NCBI GenBank assembly: GCA_030652255.1
Contig: JAUSAZ010000005.1
Span: forward strand, 6,685-70,684
Length of the DNA: 64,000 bases
Reading direction: 5' to 3'
Source of the DNA: Myxococcales bacterium
GTDB taxonomy: Bacteria; Myxococcota_A; Polyangia; Polyangiales; Ga0077539
Below the pieces are notes generated by a model. That model did no database searches. It worked only from the letters and a program-made list of their open reading frames with translations, and was not told the origin of the DNA. A program made the translations under genes and the position numbers. Each line of letters begins with the position of its first letter. The first letter of the stretch is position 1. This document shows positions 27,618-37,669 of the stretch, piece after piece.

Positions 27618-28736
27618 ATGGCCGAAGCCTTCAAGACCTTCCTCAACGCCGCCGTCGTCCGAACCGCCGCAGGCCACCTGCATCGGGCGTGGCCGGACTT
27701 CGACGCACGCGCCTTCGAGCGCCGCTCGCTCGCCGGGCTCGACGCGCTGGAGATGAAGGCCCGCGCGATGCACATCGCCGACGCCCTCGAAGCCACGCTG
27801 CCGCAGGACTTCGATCACGCCGCGGCGGTGCTCGAAGCGAGCCTCGCGCCGCTCGACGACGAGACCGGCGCGCTCGGCCTCCGGAGCTGGGGCCTCTGGC
27901 CCGTCGGGGAGTTCGTCGCGCGCCGCGGCATCGCCCACCCGGCGCGGGCGCTGACCGCGCTGCACGCCATCACCCAGCGCTTCACCGCCGAGTGGGCCAT
28001 CCGTCCCTTCATCCTGGCGCACCCGCAGCTCTGCTGGGACACGCTCGCCCGCTGGGCCGACGACCCGAGCGAGCACGTGCGCCGGCTCGTGAGCGAGGGC
28101 AGCCGGCCGCGCCTCCCGTGGGGCATGCAGCTGAAGGGGCTCATCCGCGACCCGTCGCCCACGCTGCCGCTGCTGCGCGCGCTACAGGACGACCCGAGCG
28201 AGTACGTCCGCCGCAGCGTCGCCAACCACCTCAACGACATCGCCAAGGACCACCCGGCCCTCGTCGCGCAATGGCTCGGCGCCCACCTGCCGGGCGCGTC
28301 GGCCGAGCGGCGGGCGCTGCTGAAGCACGCGAGCCGCACGCTCATCAAGCAGGGCCACGCGGACACCCTCGCGGCGTGGGGGCTCGGTCGTCGCATGGAG
28401 GGCGAGGCCTCGCTCGCCGTCTCGCCAAAGCGCGTGTGTGTGGGCGAGAGCCTGCGCCTCGACGTCACCCTGCGGTCGGCGTCGCCGCGCCCGCAGAAGC
28501 TGGCCATCGACTACGCCGTGCACCACGTGAAGGCGAGCGGCGAGACGACGCCCAAGGTGTTCAAGGGCTGGGTGCTGGAGCTCGGTCCTCACGAGGAGCG
28601 CGCGCTCAGCAAGGGCCACTCGATGCGCCTCATCACCACGCGGCGCTACCACGCCGGGGCCCACGGCGTGGACCTGCGCGTCAACGGCGAGGTGGTCGCC
28701 ACCGCGGGCTTCGACCTGCGGGTCACCCCGGCGTGA
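27618..28736 (+). CDS. DNA alkylation repair (AlkD/AlkC-like HEAT-repeat) protein
   Basis: FTAEWAIRPF, HVRRLVSEGSRPRLPW, YVRRSVANHLNDIAKDHP, and C-terminal TRRYHAGAH domain. Confidence 0.9.
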   Translation: MAEAFKTFLNAAVVRTAAGHLHRAWPDFDARAFERRSLAGLDALEMKARAMHIADALEATLPQDFDHAAAVLEASLAPLDDETGALGLRSWGLWPVGEFVARRGIAHPARALTALHAITQRFTAEWAIRPFILAHPQLCWDTLARWADDPSEHVRRLVSEGSRPRLPWGMQLKGLIRDPSPTLPLLRALQDDPSEYVRRSVANHLNDIAKDHPALVAQWLGAHLPGASAERRALLKHASRTLIKQGHADTLAAWGLGRRMEGEASLAVSPKRVCVGESLRLDVTLRSASPRPQKLAIDYAVHHVKASGETTPKVFKGWVLELGPHEERALSKGHSMRLITTRRYHAGAHGVDLRVNGEVVATAGFDLRVTPA

Positions 28737-30531
28737 TGCGCCGGAGGTCGAGGCCGCCCGGGTACATGTACGAGGTGTACGGCGCGACGCCGTAGACCTT
28801 GAGCCCGATGCCCTGCCCGCCGGGGCTCCGCAGGCGGTGGTCGCCGGGCGCGATGGGGAGCGTGTAGATGGTGAAGCCACCGACGTCGGAGGACGAACCG
28901 CGCAGCGCCACGCCGTCCATCTCCAGCGTGCCCCCGGCGGTGGTCACCACGTTGATGAAGTTGGAGACATACGACGCAGGCACGGTGAAATCATACGAGC
29001 TGCGGTATTGCTCCACCGGCACCTCGATGACCATCGCGGGGTCGCCCGCCATGGCGCGGTCGAAGCCCTGGCCGCGCATGAACTGCACCGGCAGGAAGGC
29101 CCCGGTGCCGCGCACGATGAAGTGCTGCGCGGTGGCGAGGTCAAGCACCTGGCCCGCGGAGAGGGTGACGGGCGCGTGCACCGAGGGCGGGTCGAAGGTG
29201 AGCTCGTTGCCGTCGACGCGCGACACGATGCGCACCGCCGACGCCGTGGTGGCGCCGCGGTCGCGCAGGCCCGAGACGACGTACTCGCGGCCCCAGGTCT
29301 CGTTGGGCAGGAGCTGCTCCTCCAGGTGGTCGCACGCGGGGTTGTCGAGCGGAACGTTGGTGCAGTCGTGGCCGACGAAGACCGCCACGCGCTGGCTCGA
29401 CTCGATGGTGGTGCCGGTGATGTCGCCGCGGTCGGCGCCCACGAGCTGGAGCACGTCGCCGGGGCCGAGCTGGAAGGTGCGGGTCTCCCCGGCGTTCATG
29501 CGCGGGACGCCGGTGCCGGGGCGGATGGCGCTCGACGCGCGCACCGTCACCGAGGTGGTCTCGCCGGTGACCGCGACCACCGAGGCGAAGCCGCCGAAGT
29601 AGAAGGTCATCGGGTTCTCGCCGCCCGGCGAGTACGGGAAGTTGGGCCAGGTGACGACCGTGTAGCGCTGCGAGAGCACGCCCTGCGGCAGCAGCAGCGA
29701 GGCGTCGTTGGTGTACGAGAACGACCCGTTGGGGCGCGAGAAGGTCAGCGGGTTGAACTGGTACGCCGTGATGGGCCCGTCGCTGTGCACGTGGTACGCG
29801 CCGCCCCGGCGTAGCGTGGAGACCGCGGCGTCCCAGGGGATGCAGAACTCCCCGATCTGCACGCAATTGGGGTTGAGCTGCACGAGGTCGACGACCCACG
29901 GGAGGGTCACCGTCTCGACGGCGCCGGGCGCCAGCTCGACGACCCGCGGGGCGGTGAGCGAGCCGCCGGTGAGGGTCGCCCGCACGGGGTAGACCTGCGG
30001 GTTGGTGAGCACCACGGCGAACTCGAAGGCCGGGTTGAGCCCCGCGTTGGGCGTCACCGTCGGCCAGTAGTCGCAGCCCAGGTACGAGTTGCCGAGGGCG
30101 CTGTCCGAGCAGCGGTCGACGCACGCGCCGGCGTTGCAGGTCTGCCCGGGGCCGTCGCAGAGCGTGCCCTCGGTGTAGCCCGAGCCGTCGTCGCGGCAGG
30201 TCTGCGCGCGGGCGGGCATCGCGGGGTCGCAGCGCGCCGTACCCGGGTTGCACGCGAGGCACCCACGGCCCTGCACGCACAGGGGGGTGGGCGAGGCGCA
30301 GGCCTGCCGGTCGACCACGTTGCCCTCGGCGTCGCAGGTGTAGCGCGTGTCGCCGGTGCAATAGATCGTCCCCGGGACGCAGAGCGACGGGGCGTCGACG
30401 GGAGGGGGCGCGTCGATGCGGTTCTCGATGTCGGCGCGGGCGCCTGCATCCGCCGGGGTGAGGGGGCGCGGCTCGTCGGCGCAACCGAGCCAGAGGGCGC
30501 ACGCAAGCGGGGCGAGTCGTCGGGGGTGCAT
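28723..30531 (-). CDS. IgGFc-binding-protein N-terminal domain lipoprotein
   Basis: Lipobox WLGC; SYLGCDYWPTVT, YTNDASLLLP, DHLEEQL, WGREY, GDPAMV, SYMYPGG. Confidence 0.85.
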   Translation of the reverse strand: MHPRRLAPLACALWLGCADEPRPLTPADAGARADIENRIDAPPPVDAPSLCVPGTIYCTGDTRYTCDAEGNVVDRQACASPTPLCVQGRGCLACNPGTARCDPAMPARAQTCRDDGSGYTEGTLCDGPGQTCNAGACVDRCSDSALGNSYLGCDYWPTVTPNAGLNPAFEFAVVLTNPQVYPVRATLTGGSLTAPRVVELAPGAVETVTLPWVVDLVQLNPNCVQIGEFCIPWDAAVSTLRRGGAYHVHSDGPITAYQFNPLTFSRPNGSFSYTNDASLLLPQGVLSQRYTVVTWPNFPYSPGGENPMTFYFGGFASVVAVTGETTSVTVRASSAIRPGTGVPRMNAGETRTFQLGPGDVLQLVGADRGDITGTTIESSQRVAVFVGHDCTNVPLDNPACDHLEEQLLPNETWGREYVVSGLRDRGATTASAVRIVSRVDGNELTFDPPSVHAPVTLSAGQVLDLATAQHFIVRGTGAFLPVQFMRGQGFDRAMAGDPAMVIEVPVEQYRSSYDFTVPASYVSNFINVVTTAGGTLEMDGVALRGSSSDVGGFTIYTLPIAPGDHRLRSPGGQGIGLKVYGVAPYTSYMYPGGLDLRRITPG

Positions 30532-30552
30532 CGCGGCGGCGATGATATCCCT

Positions 30553-32712
30553 TCAGATGCGCTCGACGGAGAGCACCCCCTTCACCTTCTGCAGGGCCTT
30601 CATCACGCCCTTGAGCGAGCCGAGGTCGGTGATGGTGAAGGTGAAGAGGTTGACCGCGCGCTCCTCCTCGGCGGCGCGGCAGTTGGCCTCCTCGATGTTG
30701 ACCCCGCACTTGGAGAAGGTGTTGCCCACCTCCGCGAGGAGCCCTGGGCGGTTGGCGGTGATCACCCGCAAACACACGGGCCGGGACATCTTGGCGCCCT
30801 CGTCCCAGCTCACGGTGACGCGGCGCTCGGGGTCGATGTCGAGGCCCTTGGTGCAGCTCCGGCGGTGCACCGAGATGCCCCGGCCGCGGCTGATGTACCC
30901 GACGATCTGGTCGCCGGGCAGCGGCGAGCAGCACTTGGCGAAGCGCACCAGGATGTTGTTCTCGCCGTCGACCAGGATGCCGTTGGAGTCGCGGCCGGTG
31001 ACCTTGCGCATCACGCGCTCCATGGTCCCCTGCTTGATGTCCGAGGGCGCCTGGCTCTCCGGCGGCATCAGGCTGCGCACCACGGACTCGGCGCCGTAGC
31101 GCCCGTAGCCCACCTGGATGATGAGCTCGTCGACGCTCTGGGCCTTGGCGTCCTCGAGGGCGCGGCCGAGGGCGTTGGTCTTGAGCACCTTGGCGAAGCT
31201 CAGCCCCGCGGCGTGCAGCGCCCGCTCGATGAGGTCGCGGCCCAGCTTGAGCGCCGACTCGCGCTGCTCGGCGCGGATGAAGCTGCGGATCTTGCTGCGC
31301 GCCCGGGAGGTGACCGCGAACTCCAGCCAGTCCTTGTTGGGGTGCCGGTTGGGGTCCGTGAGGATCTCCACCACGTCGCCCGAGCGGAGCTGGTAGCGCA
31401 GCGGCACGATCTGCCCGTTGACCCGCGCGCCGGTGCACTTGTTGCCGACGTTGGAGTGCACCGCGAAGGCGAAGTCGACCGGCGTCGCCGTGCGCGGAAA
31501 CACCTTGATCTCCCCGCGCGGCGTGAACACGTACACCTCGTCCTGGAAGAGGTCGACCTTCACGCTCTCCAGGAACTCTTGCGGGTCTTTGAGCTCCTGC
31601 TGCCACTCCATGAGCTGCCGCAGCCAGTGGAAGCGCTGGGCGTCCTTGTGGTCGATGGCGTGGCCCGCGACGTTCTTCGGGCGCTCCTTGTACTTCCAGT
31701 GCGCGGCGATGCCCTGCTCGGCGATGCGGTGCATGTCGCGGGTGCGCAGCTGCACCTCCATGCGCTCGCGGTCGGGGCCCAGCACGGTGGTGTGCAGCGA
31801 CTGGTACCCGTTGGGTTTGGGCAGCGCGATGTAGTCCTTGAAGCGCCCGGGGATGGGGGTGAAGAGCGAGTGCACCACCCCGAGCACGGCGTAGCAGTCG
31901 GCGGCCGACTCGACCACGCCGCGGAAGGCGATGACGTCCCACACCTGCTCGAACTCGCTCTTGGAGGCCTGCATCTTCCGCCAGATCGAGTACAGGTGCT
32001 TCACCCGCCCGGTGACCTCCGCGGCGAAGCCCGCCTCGGCGAAGCGCTCGGAGAGCAGGGCCTGCGTGCGGTGGATGTACCCGTCGCGCTGCTGCACGAG
32101 CGCGGTCACCTTGCCCGAGACGAGCTTGTACCCGTCGGGGTTGGTGTGCTTGAAGCCGAGGTCTTCGAGCTCGGACTTCATCCACGCGATGCCCAGGCGG
32201 TTGGCCAGCGGGGCGTAGATGTCGAGGGTCTCGCGCGCGATGCGCTCCTGCGCCTCGGGCTTCATGTGCTCGAGGGTGCGCATGTTGTCGAGTCGGTCGG
32301 CGAGCTTCACGAGCAGCACGCGGATGTCGCTCGCCATGTGGAGCAGCATCTTGCGGAAGTTCTCCGCCTGGGCGTCTTCCTTCGAGGAGAAGCTGAACTT
32401 CGACAGCTTGGTGACGCCGTCGACGAGGAAGGCCACCTCCTCGCCGAACTCCTTCTGCACGTCGTCGAGGGTGGCCTTGGTGTCCTCCACCGTGTCGTGG
32501 AGCAGCGCGGCGCAGAGCGAGGCCGAGTCCAGGCGCAGCTCGGTGATCACCTTGGCGACCGCGATGGGGTGCGTGAAGTACGCCTCGCCGGACTTGCGCT
32601 TCTGCCCCTCGTGGTGTCGCTCGCCGAACTCGAACGCGCGCCGCAGCAGCCCGACGTCGGCCTCGGGGTGATAGCGGGTGACCTGCTCGATAAGCTCTCC
32701 AAGCGCGTCCAT
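30553..32712 (-). CDS. relA/spoT: Bifunctional (p)ppGpp synthetase/hydrolase, long RSH
   Basis: QKRKSGEAYFTHP, LLHDTVED, VKLADRLDNMRTL, RFKDYIALPKPNGYQSLHT; TGS, ZFD and ACT domains. Confidence 0.97.
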   Translation of the reverse strand: MDALGELIEQVTRYHPEADVGLLRRAFEFGERHHEGQKRKSGEAYFTHPIAVAKVITELRLDSASLCAALLHDTVEDTKATLDDVQKEFGEEVAFLVDGVTKLSKFSFSSKEDAQAENFRKMLLHMASDIRVLLVKLADRLDNMRTLEHMKPEAQERIARETLDIYAPLANRLGIAWMKSELEDLGFKHTNPDGYKLVSGKVTALVQQRDGYIHRTQALLSERFAEAGFAAEVTGRVKHLYSIWRKMQASKSEFEQVWDVIAFRGVVESAADCYAVLGVVHSLFTPIPGRFKDYIALPKPNGYQSLHTTVLGPDRERMEVQLRTRDMHRIAEQGIAAHWKYKERPKNVAGHAIDHKDAQRFHWLRQLMEWQQELKDPQEFLESVKVDLFQDEVYVFTPRGEIKVFPRTATPVDFAFAVHSNVGNKCTGARVNGQIVPLRYQLRSGDVVEILTDPNRHPNKDWLEFAVTSRARSKIRSFIRAEQRESALKLGRDLIERALHAAGLSFAKVLKTNALGRALEDAKAQSVDELIIQVGYGRYGAESVVRSLMPPESQAPSDIKQGTMERVMRKVTGRDSNGILVDGENNILVRFAKCCSPLPGDQIVGYISRGRGISVHRRSCTKGLDIDPERRVTVSWDEGAKMSRPVCLRVITANRPGLLAEVGNTFSKCGVNIEEANCRAAEEERAVNLFTFTITDLGSLKGVMKALQKVKGVLSVERI

Positions 32713-32808
32713 TGCGGTTCACTATGCCCACGGACTTCGAAAGGGCAACGAAGCTACGCGACCTCGTCGCTTGACAACGGGTGCCCAACCGGACGACCCC
32801 TCCCGCCC

Positions 32809-33726
32809 ATGATCGACCTCGCGGGCCTGCTGGAGCGCACGAGCCGTACCTTCGCGCTCTCGATCCCCCGGCTCCCGGAGCCCACCCGCCTCGCGGTCAC
32901 CCTGGCCTACCTGCTCTTCCGCATCGCCGACACCTTCGAGGACGCTGCCGTGTGGCCCCGCGAGCGTCGCGTCGAGGTCCTCGTCGACTTCATGGCGCTG
33001 CTCGATCAGCAAAACCAGAGCCCCGACGGTCGGCCCCCCGCCCGCGCCACAGACGTGGCCCGGCACTGGTCGGCGCTGCGCCCCTCCGAGCACCAGGGCT
33101 ACGTCGACCTCGTGGCCGCCACGCCCGGGGTGCTCGACGCCGTCGCGGGCCTGTCCCCGGCGTCGCGCGCCGTGGTGCTCCGCCACGCGAGCCGCACCGC
33201 CGAGGGCATGCGCCGCTTCGTCGAGAACAGCTACGAGGACGGCACGCTCGACCTCTCCTCGCTCGAGGAGCTGCGCGACTACTGCTACGTCGTCGCGGGC
33301 ATCGTGGGCGAGCTGCTCACCGACCTCTTCCTGCTCGACGCCCCGGCGCTCCAGGCCTCCGCGCACGCGCTCCGGTCGCGCGCCCGGGACTTCGGCGAGG
33401 GCCTCCAGCTCGTCAACATCCTCAAGGACGTGAGCGACGACGCCCGCGACGGCCGCACGTACCTCCCGCCCGACACCGACCGCTCGGAGATCCTCGCGCT
33501 CGCCCGCGCCGACCTCGCATCGGCCGCAGAGTACGTGCTCACCCTCCAGCGGGGCGGCGCGCCGCGCGGCTTCGTGGAGTTCACCGCGCTGCCGGTGCTG
33601 CTCGCCGTCGAGACGCTCGCCCTGCTGGAGCGCGACGGCCCGGGCGCGAAGCTCCCGCGCGAGCGGGTGATGACCCTGGTGTCGGAGCTCGACGCGCGCC
33701 TCGACGTGGGAGCCCCCGCGCTGTGA
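32809..33726 (+). CDS. Squalene/phytoene synthase family protein
   Basis: RTSRTFALSI, RIADTFED, DYCYVVAGIVGE, GLQLVNILKDVSDD. Confidence 0.9.
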   Translation: MIDLAGLLERTSRTFALSIPRLPEPTRLAVTLAYLLFRIADTFEDAAVWPRERRVEVLVDFMALLDQQNQSPDGRPPARATDVARHWSALRPSEHQGYVDLVAATPGVLDAVAGLSPASRAVVLRHASRTAEGMRRFVENSYEDGTLDLSSLEELRDYCYVVAGIVGELLTDLFLLDAPALQASAHALRSRARDFGEGLQLVNILKDVSDDARDGRTYLPPDTDRSEILALARADLASAAEYVLTLQRGGAPRGFVEFTALPVLLAVETLALLERDGPGAKLPRERVMTLVSELDARLDVGAPAL

Positions 33727-34250
33727 GCGCCGAGCGGCTGCACCGATCGCACGGCACCGGGCTCTTCGAGCCGTCGCAGTTTCGCGCGCTGGGCGAAGGC
33801 TGCGTGTTCGAGCCCGGGGTGATGGTCTTCCACCCCGAGAACATCTCCCTCGGGCGCAACGTGTACGTCGGCCACCAGGCCATCCTGAAGGGCTACTACC
33901 GCAACGAGATGACCATCGGCGAGCAGACCTGGATCGGCCAGCAGTGCTTCTTCCACAGCGCCGGCGGGCTCACCATCGGGGCGCGCGTGGGCATCGGGCC
34001 CGGGGTGAAGATCATCACCTCGGTGCACGCGGAGGCGGGCCGGGACGTCCCGGTGCTCTTCTCGCCGGTGGAGATGGCCGCGGTGGTGATCGAGGACGAC
34101 AGCGACCTCGGGGTCAACAGCGTGATCCTGCCGGGCGTGCGGGTGGGCCGCGGCGCGGTGGTGGGCGCCGGGGCGGTGGTGACCGAGGACGTGCCGCCCT
34201 ACGCCGTGGTGGCGGGCGTGCCGGCGAGGGTGTTGAGGATGCGGCCGTGA
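33723..34250 (+). CDS. Hexapeptide-repeat (LbH) acyltransferase
   Basis: IGEQTWIG, IGARVGIG, VGRGAVVGAGAVVTEDVPPYAVVAGVPA; GTGA overlap. Confidence 0.92.
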   Translation: MSAERLHRSHGTGLFEPSQFRALGEGCVFEPGVMVFHPENISLGRNVYVGHQAILKGYYRNEMTIGEQTWIGQQCFFHSAGGLTIGARVGIGPGVKIITSVHAEAGRDVPVLFSPVEMAAVVIEDDSDLGVNSVILPGVRVGRGAVVGAGAVVTEDVPPYAVVAGVPARVLRMRP

Positions 34251-34948
34251 GGGTGGAGCGCTTCGCGGTGGTGGTGTTCGCCTTCCACGAGGTGGAGAAC
34301 GTGCCGACGGTGCTGCGGGAGATCCACGCGTGGCTGCGCGCGAAGGGCCCCGGGCACGAGCTGATCTTCGTCGACGACGGGAGCACCGACGGCACGCTGG
34401 CGGCGGCGCGCGAGGTGCTCGCGGGCGACCCCCACGCGACGGCCTTCTCGCTCGGCGCCAACCGGGGCATCGGCGGCGCGCTCAAGGCGGGCGTGACCAG
34501 CGCGACGGCCCCGTGGGTGACCTTCCTGCCCTGCGACGGGCAGATTCCGCCCGGCGAGCTCGACGTGCTGCTCGCCGAGGCCGAGCGCTCGGACAGCGAC
34601 GTGGTGTTCTCGGTGTACCGCGACCGCGACGACGGGTTGCTGCGGAAGGTGTTCTCCGCGGGGGTGCGAGGGATGATCCGCGCGGTGCACGGGGTGACCA
34701 TGCGCTCGGACGGGCCGTACCTCTTCCGCCGCGAGCTCTTCAGCGCGCGCGAGCTCGCGCCCGACAGCTTCTTCCTCAACTTCGAGTTCCCCATCCGGGC
34801 GATGCAGCGGCGGGTGCGCTCGTCGGTGGTGACCATCGAGTGCGTGCCGCGCCGCGCGGGTCAGAGCAAGAGCGCCGGCTGGCGCACCGTGTACCGGGTG
34901 GGCCGCGACCTGCTCGACCTCAAGCGCCGGCAGCTCCGCGGGCGCTGA
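34247..34948 (+). CDS. Glycosyltransferase family 2
   Basis: FVDDGSTDGT, NRGIGGALKAG, FLPCDGQ; GTGA overlap. Confidence 0.9.
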   Translation: MRVERFAVVVFAFHEVENVPTVLREIHAWLRAKGPGHELIFVDDGSTDGTLAAAREVLAGDPHATAFSLGANRGIGGALKAGVTSATAPWVTFLPCDGQIPPGELDVLLAEAERSDSDVVFSVYRDRDDGLLRKVFSAGVRGMIRAVHGVTMRSDGPYLFRRELFSARELAPDSFFLNFEFPIRAMQRRVRSSVVTIECVPRRAGQSKSAGWRTVYRVGRDLLDLKRRQLRGR

Positions 34949-34961
34949 CCCCGCCGTTGGG

Positions 34962-35071
34962 GCTCATCGTTGCCCTCATCGTGCGCAGGGCGTTTGCAGG
35001 CTGGGGTTCCGCGCGTTGGCGCGTCACCCCAGCCTGCAAGCGCCCTGCGCACGATGAGGGCAACGATGAGC
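34962..35071. repeat. Long extragenic inverted repeat (REP/REPIN or MITE-like)
   Basis: 46-bp arms (34962-35007 and 35026-35071) with one mismatch and an 18-nt centre. Confidence 0.85.
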
Positions 35072-35234
35072 TGTTGGGGGGGCAGGGCGACCGTGCACCG
35101 CGGTTGACACCCCCGGCCGCGAACGCCGTCCCACGCGCCGGGGCGTGAAGGGTGCTACAAAGCCGGAGATCACGCGGTGAGCGGCGCTGGCCCGCCCCGT
35201 GCGTCGCGCTCGCGGAGAGGATGAACCAAAACCC

Positions 35235-35732
35235 ATGAAGACCTTTCCCCAACCGATGTTCCTGATCGGGTCGCTGGCGCTGTTGGCGGGGTGCGCGAGC
35301 GACGCGTTGAGCGTCCAGGGCACCGCGGTGCTCACGTCCACGGTCGCGGGCCAGACCCCGACCCGCATGGGCTTCGACTTCACCGCCCGCGCCACGGCCC
35401 TCGAGGCGGGCTCCGGGTTCACCGGGAGCTGCGCCCGCGTCGCCAACCGCTGGGAGGTGCAGGTCGCCCGCGAGTCTCCCGGGGCCGCGGAGTTCAAGCG
35501 CTTCACCCTGAGCATCCCGGTGCCTTCGGGCGTCACCCGCGAGAGCCCCACGGCGAACTTCGTGGTGGGCGACTCCACCTTCACCGCCAGCGGCACCTGC
35601 GTCGACACCACCACCACCGTCAGCGACGGGCTGCACGTCGTCACGCGCTGCACCGGCGTGCGCGCCCCCGGCGACAGCCGGGTGATCGAGGCCGACATCA
35701 ACCTCGTCTTCACCAACTGCGCCCTGGAGTGA
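35235..35732 (+). CDS. Hypothetical beta-rich lipoprotein
   Basis: Lipobox LAGC; 165 aa; GTGA overlap with the next gene. Confidence 0.75.
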   Translation: MKTFPQPMFLIGSLALLAGCASDALSVQGTAVLTSTVAGQTPTRMGFDFTARATALEAGSGFTGSCARVANRWEVQVARESPGAAEFKRFTLSIPVPSGVTRESPTANFVVGDSTFTASGTCVDTTTTVSDGLHVVTRCTGVRAPGDSRVIEADINLVFTNCALE

Positions 35733-37630
35733 CCCGGCGGGCCTTCGCGCTCGGCGCCGTCCCCGCGGCGCTCTGGTTCACTGCCTACGCCGCTCCCTCG
35801 GTCGCCTACCGCGACGCGGGCGAGCTCACCGCCGCCGCCTTCCTGCTCGACGTCGCCCACCCGACGGGCTTCCCCGTCGACGTGCTCCTCGTGCGCCTCG
35901 CGATGCTCGTGCCCATCGGCGACGTGGCCTTTCGCGCCAACCTCGCCGTCGGCGCGCTCATGGCCCTGGCCTGCGGGTGCGCCTCGGCGCTCGCCCACCG
36001 CCTCCTCCCGGCGCTGTCCCCGCCCACCCGCCTCGCGCTCTCGGCGCTCCCCGCGGCGGCCCTCATGGCCTCCTCGACGGTGCTGCGCGCCGCGACGGCG
36101 ATGGAGGTCTACGCGGGCTCGCTGCTGGTCACCCTCGCCGCCCTCACGCTCACCGAGGGGCGCGCGCCCGTCGCCGCGCGGCGCCGCCTCGCCGGGCTCG
36201 CGCTCGGCCTCACGCTCGCGATGCACGTCACCACCCGCGCCGCGGCGCTGCTCGCGGTGGCCCTGACGGCGTGGCCCGCGTTGCGCTCGGCCCGCTGGCC
36301 CGCCCGCGCGCGGACGCTCGCGCCGGTCGCGGCGCTCGGGCTCGTCGGGGCCCTGGTGGTGACCTACCTCCCGCTCGCCTCGCGGCGCGACGGGCCCATC
36401 GACTGGGGCGACCCGGAGACCCTCGCGCGCTGCTTCGATCACCTCACGGCGCGCACCATCCGTGCGGCCTACGCCCACCGCATCCTGGTGCCGTGGCGCC
36501 TCCCCGAGGACCTCGCCACCGCCGCGCGCACGCTCGTCGAAGACCTCGGCGCGCTGCTGGCGCTGCTCTCCGTCGCGGGGGCCCTCGTGGCGGCGCGGCG
36601 GCGCGCGGCGTGGCCGGTGCTCGCGATCACCCTGCTCGACCTCGCCTACGCCGTCGCGGTGAACCCCATGGGAACCATCGACCGGCAGACCCTCTTCGTC
36701 ACCGAGGCGGGGGCGGCGATCCTGGCCGCGCTCGCGCTGGGCGTCCTGGTCGAGCGCGTCGCGAAGGGGCGGGTGGAGCTCCCGCTGGCCGCGGCGGCGG
36801 CGGCCCTGGCCGTGGTGACGCTCGCCCGGCGCGACGCCCGCTGGGCCGGCGCGGCGGACGGCTGGGCGGCGGGCGAGGTGCTGGGCGGCGCGGGGGCGCT
36901 CGGGGCGGCGCCGGGCCGCGCGGTGGTGCTGTGCACCTCGGACGACGCGTGCGGCGGGGCGATGTACGCCCAGTGGGTGGAGGGCGAGCGGCCCGACGTG
37001 ACGGTGATGCCGCAGAGCTTCCTCGGCGACCCGTCGACGTGGCGTCGCCTGGAGGCCCGGCGCTCGCTGCTCCACCCCCCCGCAGACCCGGTCGCGGGGG
37101 CCGCGCTCGATGCGTGGCGCCTGCGATGGCTGCTCGCGCACGCGGCGGGGCGGCTGCGCTGGGAGGGCGACGGGAGGGACACCCCGTGGATCGCGCTCAC
37201 GCCGGGGGAGACGCCCGTGTTCGCGCGGGTGGCGGCGGACGAGGGCTCGGCGGCGGACGCCGCGGTCGATCGCGACGCGGCGGCGTGGGTGCGGGCGAGG
37301 GCGCCGGGGGAGGGCGTCGGGGCGCGGCGCATCGGGGCGATGGTGCTCTTCGCGGCGGGGGTGAGGGAGGCGCGGGGCGAGCTGGCGCGGGGGGTTCCGC
37401 TGTGGCGCGCGGCGCTGGCGGAGTGGCCCGAGCACGCCGCCGCGTGGACCAACCTCGGCCTCGTCGCCGCCCGCGCGGGGCACCTCACCGAGGCCGTGGC
37501 GATGACCCGGCGGGCGCTCGACCTGCAGCCCGAGCGCCCCCGGGCGTGGCGCAACCTCGCGGACTACCTGGCCGCGACCGGCGACCCGGAGGGCGCCGCG
37601 GAAGCCCGGCGCGAGGCGGCCCGGCGCTGA
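35729..37630 (+). CDS. DUF2723 (TMEM260-like GT-C) membrane glycosyltransferase with C-terminal TPR
   Basis: YRDAGEL...DVAHPTGFP, YLPLAS, IDWGDP; many TMs; TPR AWTNLG...AWRNLA. Confidence 0.8.
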   Translation: MTRRAFALGAVPAALWFTAYAAPSVAYRDAGELTAAAFLLDVAHPTGFPVDVLLVRLAMLVPIGDVAFRANLAVGALMALACGCASALAHRLLPALSPPTRLALSALPAAALMASSTVLRAATAMEVYAGSLLVTLAALTLTEGRAPVAARRRLAGLALGLTLAMHVTTRAAALLAVALTAWPALRSARWPARARTLAPVAALGLVGALVVTYLPLASRRDGPIDWGDPETLARCFDHLTARTIRAAYAHRILVPWRLPEDLATAARTLVEDLGALLALLSVAGALVAARRRAAWPVLAITLLDLAYAVAVNPMGTIDRQTLFVTEAGAAILAALALGVLVERVAKGRVELPLAAAAAALAVVTLARRDARWAGAADGWAAGEVLGGAGALGAAPGRAVVLCTSDDACGGAMYAQWVEGERPDVTVMPQSFLGDPSTWRRLEARRSLLHPPADPVAGAALDAWRLRWLLAHAAGRLRWEGDGRDTPWIALTPGETPVFARVAADEGSAADAAVDRDAAAWVRARAPGEGVGARRIGAMVLFAAGVREARGELARGVPLWRAALAEWPEHAAAWTNLGLVAARAGHLTEAVAMTRRALDLQPERPRAWRNLADYLAATGDPEGAAEARREAARR

Positions 37631-37669
37631 ATTCCGCCTGGCGGGCGCGCGAGGCGTACGCTCGACGGC

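Noticed and set aside
24338-33726. ORFs 24338-27796(-), 29141-32788(-) and the 5' part of 30526-33726(+)
   Set aside because: Shadows of real genes; only 32809-33726 of the last ORF is coding.
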